Assembly: GCA_964016885.1 (NCBI GenBank)
Contig: CAXHJY010001418.1
Coordinates: forward strand, 35,074-99,073
From: Eledone cirrhosa
Lineage: Eukaryota
Direction of reading: 5' to 3'
Length of the DNA stretch: 64,000 bases
How positions within the stretch are numbered: position 1 is the stretch's first letter; every line of letters begins with the position of its first letter. Shown piece by piece: positions 59,683 to 64,000 of the stretch. The notes beneath the pieces are model-generated. The model saw only the letters and a program-made list of their open reading frames with translations, made no database searches and was not told the DNA's origin. A program made the translations under genes and the position numbers.

Positions 59683-61727
59683 AAGACCAAACAAACAAAC
59701 AAATTGAGCAAAAATATTAGCAAGATTAATAAATAAGAAACCAAAGAGAAAAGAACGAAAACAAAAACGAAACAAACATGAAATGGTTAAGAAAAAACCA
59801 TACAACAACAACAACAAACAACATCAACAACAAGAAAATTAACTAAATTAATAAATTAATAAATAGCGCCCAAAACTATATTGGCTGCGGAAAATTGTTA
59901 AATTTTTTTCAGGTTGGTTGCTTGGCTGGTTTTTAATTTATTTGTTTATTCCATTTTATTTTTTGGTGGAGTGTTAAAACACTTCTATAAAAGAGGTGTT
60001 TAAACAAAATAGACAAAATTTAATCGGATTATTAACCGCAATGTTCGATTTGTTCGTTTGTTTGTATTTTTGTTTTTTCGGATGATCTTTAATTTTACCA
60101 TTATATTCAAAAGCCATATGTTTAGTAAACACAGGCCAGACACAAAGAGGAATACACACACACAAAATACAGTGTGCTAATATACGCTGACGTAAGCATA
60201 CAATGAAACGAACCTCCATAACATTGCACATATGAAAGTATAAATCCATACATATGAACGTATAAATCCCCATATGCATATATGCATCTACACAGACGCA
60301 TACATCCAACCACATACACAAATATGTGGCTATGAGTGTTTGTTTGTGGTTATGTATGTGTTGACGTATGCAAAATTCTACTGTTGGTTTGAACGCTACT
60401 GCCAATTGCCTTATATAAGTTAGGTTTAAAGGTTTGAAATTTGAGGTCAATTCACTTTATTCAATAGCTTTTATTTACTGTTCCTCTGCTATTAAAACAA
60501 TTTACACATTATTCCTTTTGGTAATATCAAAGATTATACATAGAGAGACATAAAGTAAAAAAGACAGATTAATATAAATATATTTAAAACGATTACAATT
60601 TACTTCGAGAGTGAAAGTAAAGCATTATTTTCTACTATGCTTTGCCTTTTTTTAAAAAGATATTTGATTTAATTCAATTATTCTGTGCAGTAAATAAAAA
60701 ATAAATTATAATACCATTGAACCATTACTATAGAACTTAGTAGTTACACACAATACTTATTAATATATATAATACAGGAGGGCCCATAAAAAGACTTTAC
60801 TAGTTAAAAATGTAATAACTGTATTTTTTTATAAGAATAACTTATTTTTTTAAATTTCTTTGCAAATTTTGAAAATCTGTTATCTGAAAAAATTTCCATA
60901 ATATATTTCCAGCAAAGTTATTTTCCAAATCTAAAATGAAAATTGAAAATAAATTAGTAAAAAAATAGGTATGAAATTTTAAAAATAAAGCCATTTTTGT
61001 CTCACACTGTGCTTACATGAACGTACTTTACTCTAGTAAGTACAATAAGTTTACATCATTCATGATTATCGTAGAAGGACCGCTATAGATCTATATGTTA
61101 CTGGGTAACTCGAGTAGATTTTTATTTAGCTTTTACGACTTGCAGGTTTTCCAGACGTTTCTCTACGCTAGGCACTAAAATCTATTGAATCAATCATCAG
61201 GATTATTCTAAGAATTCTATCGTGTCTATCACATGCAGTAGCTAAGGACTGTGACATGGCTAACCATAATGATTTAGGGTGAAACGTATTTGCTACAAAC
61301 ATACACTATTAACACTACATGTTAAGAATAATTAATTTTGCGGGTGGCGTTATTATATAATACATTTCATAAAATAAAGCTTGTTTACTATGATAGCTAG
61401 TATAAAATATTGTGTGTATACATGGAGAGATTCTCTTCTCAACTTTGGCAAATATGTTGTAGTTTATACTTTGTTGAGTAGGGTTCTATAATCTTATTAG
61501 TTCGAAGCATGGTCAATGACGTTTGCCGAACCTGTCAGATTATTTCAATTAATATTAATCGTAGTTAAAAGATCAAGGAAAACAATACTCAAGAGAGTTT
61601 ATTTAGTATAAATAATATTTCATACACTCAAAATGAATGTGCGACCATTGGTTTCAGGTACGGTTATGGTCACACTGTATATTGGAGGAGGCACTTCCAA
61701 ACTGACCACTCTGTTATCCCCCTCCCA

Positions 61728-61802
<75 letters not shown>

Positions 61803-61805
<3 letters not shown>

Positions 61806-62175
61806 GAGATATCCACGGTAAGTTCTGGGATCTATTCTGCATGAAGAAGTCAATGTAATCCATATGTTGAAAATGTTGTAGGTTAAGATAAATCCCGGAA
61901 AACAATAAAACATTAAAAGGAAAACAGATTCATGATATAAGTTAAAACAATGAAATAAAAAATCAAGTCATTAGAGATATACTTCACTGCTTTACGATCG
62001 TGTCTAGATGATGATAATACATTGCAGATATACTTCGTTATTGATCTATATAAGGTTAGTTATCAGATAAAGAGAATATTTACTTACATGCTTATCACTA
62101 GCTGTTAGAAACGATCGTAAAGCAGTGATATATATCTCTAATGACTTGATTTTTTATTTCATTGTTTTAACTTAT
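61803..62175 (-). mobile_element. Family E fold-back element in (TA)n with hammerhead 3' half
   Basis: ~70-bp inverted arms at ~61934-62007 and ~62106-62177. GAAAC(gatc)GTA at 62108-62119. Confidence 0.8.
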
Positions 62176-62373
62176 ATATATATATAGAGAGAGAGAGAGG
62201 GAGGGAGAGAGAGAGTATGTAGTGTTGAGACAGAAAAGACCACTAATAATCAGAGTAATCGATGCACGGGGGGGGGGGGGGTACAGAATGTGTATAGAGA
62301 TATGTAAACCCCGAAAGCTTGGCCTTTTGGTCAACATTTTACATAACTCTCTCTCTCTCTCTTTTTATCCCTC

Positions 62374-62452
<79 letters not shown>

Positions 62453-62456
<4 letters not shown>

Positions 62457-62606
62457 CAAAGAAGGTGTGGTAAGATACCAGGTGGACCATAACGCACCAG
62501 AGTACTCGATACTTAGGGTAGTAGAGTGGGTAATAGGTAAAATAGTCAGTACTGGACACCGGCCGTTTCGACAACTAGATCTGAACTGTTCAAATCTAGC
62601 TGTCGT
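62453..62606 (-). mobile_element. Family B variant: same tail, different ribozyme-like module
   Basis: Tail matches family B. On the minus strand an 18-bp hairpin cgacagctagatttgaac/gttcagatctagttgtcg runs directly into GAAAC(ggccggt)GTC. Confidence 0.75.
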
Positions 62607-62998
62607 GTGTGTGTGTGTGTGTGTGTACGTGCGTGTGTGTTTGTGTGTGTGTGTGTGTGTCTATATAGATGTGTATCAGTGTATTTGTGTGTATGTGTGT
62701 TATGGCATAAACTTATTTCCATGCACCCTTAGGCTACACCTCTTTCAATCCTTCTCACCATTCGTACACATGATGTACTGCACACATTATTTTTGCAGTC
62801 TCTATCTCTACAAGATATATCCAAACCACCATCTTACTCCCACATTTTAGGTGACTAGGAAAATAGCCAAAAAAAATCGTAAAATAATATTGAGTATATA
62901 CGATGTAAACAACATAGTTTTTCAGCGCAATATGTGTGTATTCTTGTTTTTGCATTCATCTAAATTTTTGAGCTATTAAATAAATATCATATCATCAT

Positions 62999-63046
<48 letters not shown>

Positions 63047-63060
63047 ATATATATATATGC

Positions 63061-63163
<103 letters not shown>

Positions 63164-63336
63164 AATATATATATATATATGTATATATATGTATATATAT
63201 ATATATACATGATATATATATATAGAAAAAATATGTATAAATATGTATGTATGGTTTTGTTAATATATGTGTGTATAAATATGTATATACTATGTACATA
63301 TATATATATATACATATAAACATTGGCACACCACAA

Positions 63337-63373
<37 letters not shown>

Positions 63374-63881
63374 ATATATATATATGTGTGTGTGTGTATG
63401 GATGTATGTATGTACGTATATATAATATCAATATATTAAAGAAAATGATGTACGTATATATGTGTATGTATGTAGTTTTCGCTTTTTTACTTCAAAATAT
63501 ACAGTAAAGTTATCGCGTAGTTACATTTGTACGGTATAGATGTATTCCTGTACATATATACATATGTGTATGTATGACCGTGTTTCTTTTTTACGTTGGA
63601 ATTTATTTTAATGTTTTGTTCTTCATCTTGTTTTTTTTCTCTCTCTCTTTGTGTTCATGTGAAAATTTGAGTAAAAGACATAAACAAATATATGGTGAAA
63701 AGGAAACGTGTTTTAGAGAACATTTTAAGTCAACAATATATATATATATTTTAATAAGTATATATATATATATAAATATATATAAATACATAAATATATA
63801 TATATACATATATATATATCAATGTATGTATATACCCACAAACACACACACACACACACACATATATATAGATATATATAC

Positions 63882-63914
<33 letters not shown>

Positions 63915-64000
63915 CACATATATATATATATATACATATATATTATATATATGAAATATATTGTATGTGTGTATGTGTACATATATAATTTCTATATATA

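Noticed and set aside
60772-60810. TA-caggagggccc Tc1/mariner-like terminus
   Set aside because: I found no matching opposite TIR or transposase remnant.

Overview
This is repeat-saturated, AT-rich animal DNA with no intact host gene that I can recognise. The SINE families and microsatellite load suggest an octopod cephalopod (inference from recalled consensus motifs, not a database hit). Nearly all ORF-track entries are artefacts of (TA)n, (CA)n, (GA)n, (CAT)n, (GGT)n and (ACT)n repeats. Identifiable content: about 18 tRNA-derived MetaSINE-like copies, CORE-type SINE fragments, a hAT MITE with an 8-bp TSD, and decayed CR1/L2-, CRE-, L1/Tx1-, R4/Dong- and Penelope-like coding fragments. The main observation is a set of short, unrelated elements, mostly embedded in (TA)n, that carry type I hammerhead ribozyme (HHR) motifs or their 3' halves. 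They include two canonical CUGAUGA families with long stem II inserts (one tandemly duplicated), CAGAAGA and CCGAAGA cores with a U.U mismatch at 10.1-11.1, and a U3-A8 covariant core. Many copies are asymmetric fold-backs that turn at or within the ribozyme. They look like non-autonomous Penelope pLTR or retrozyme-like elements. All folds were derived by eye, catalytic activity is untested, and many boundaries are approximate.
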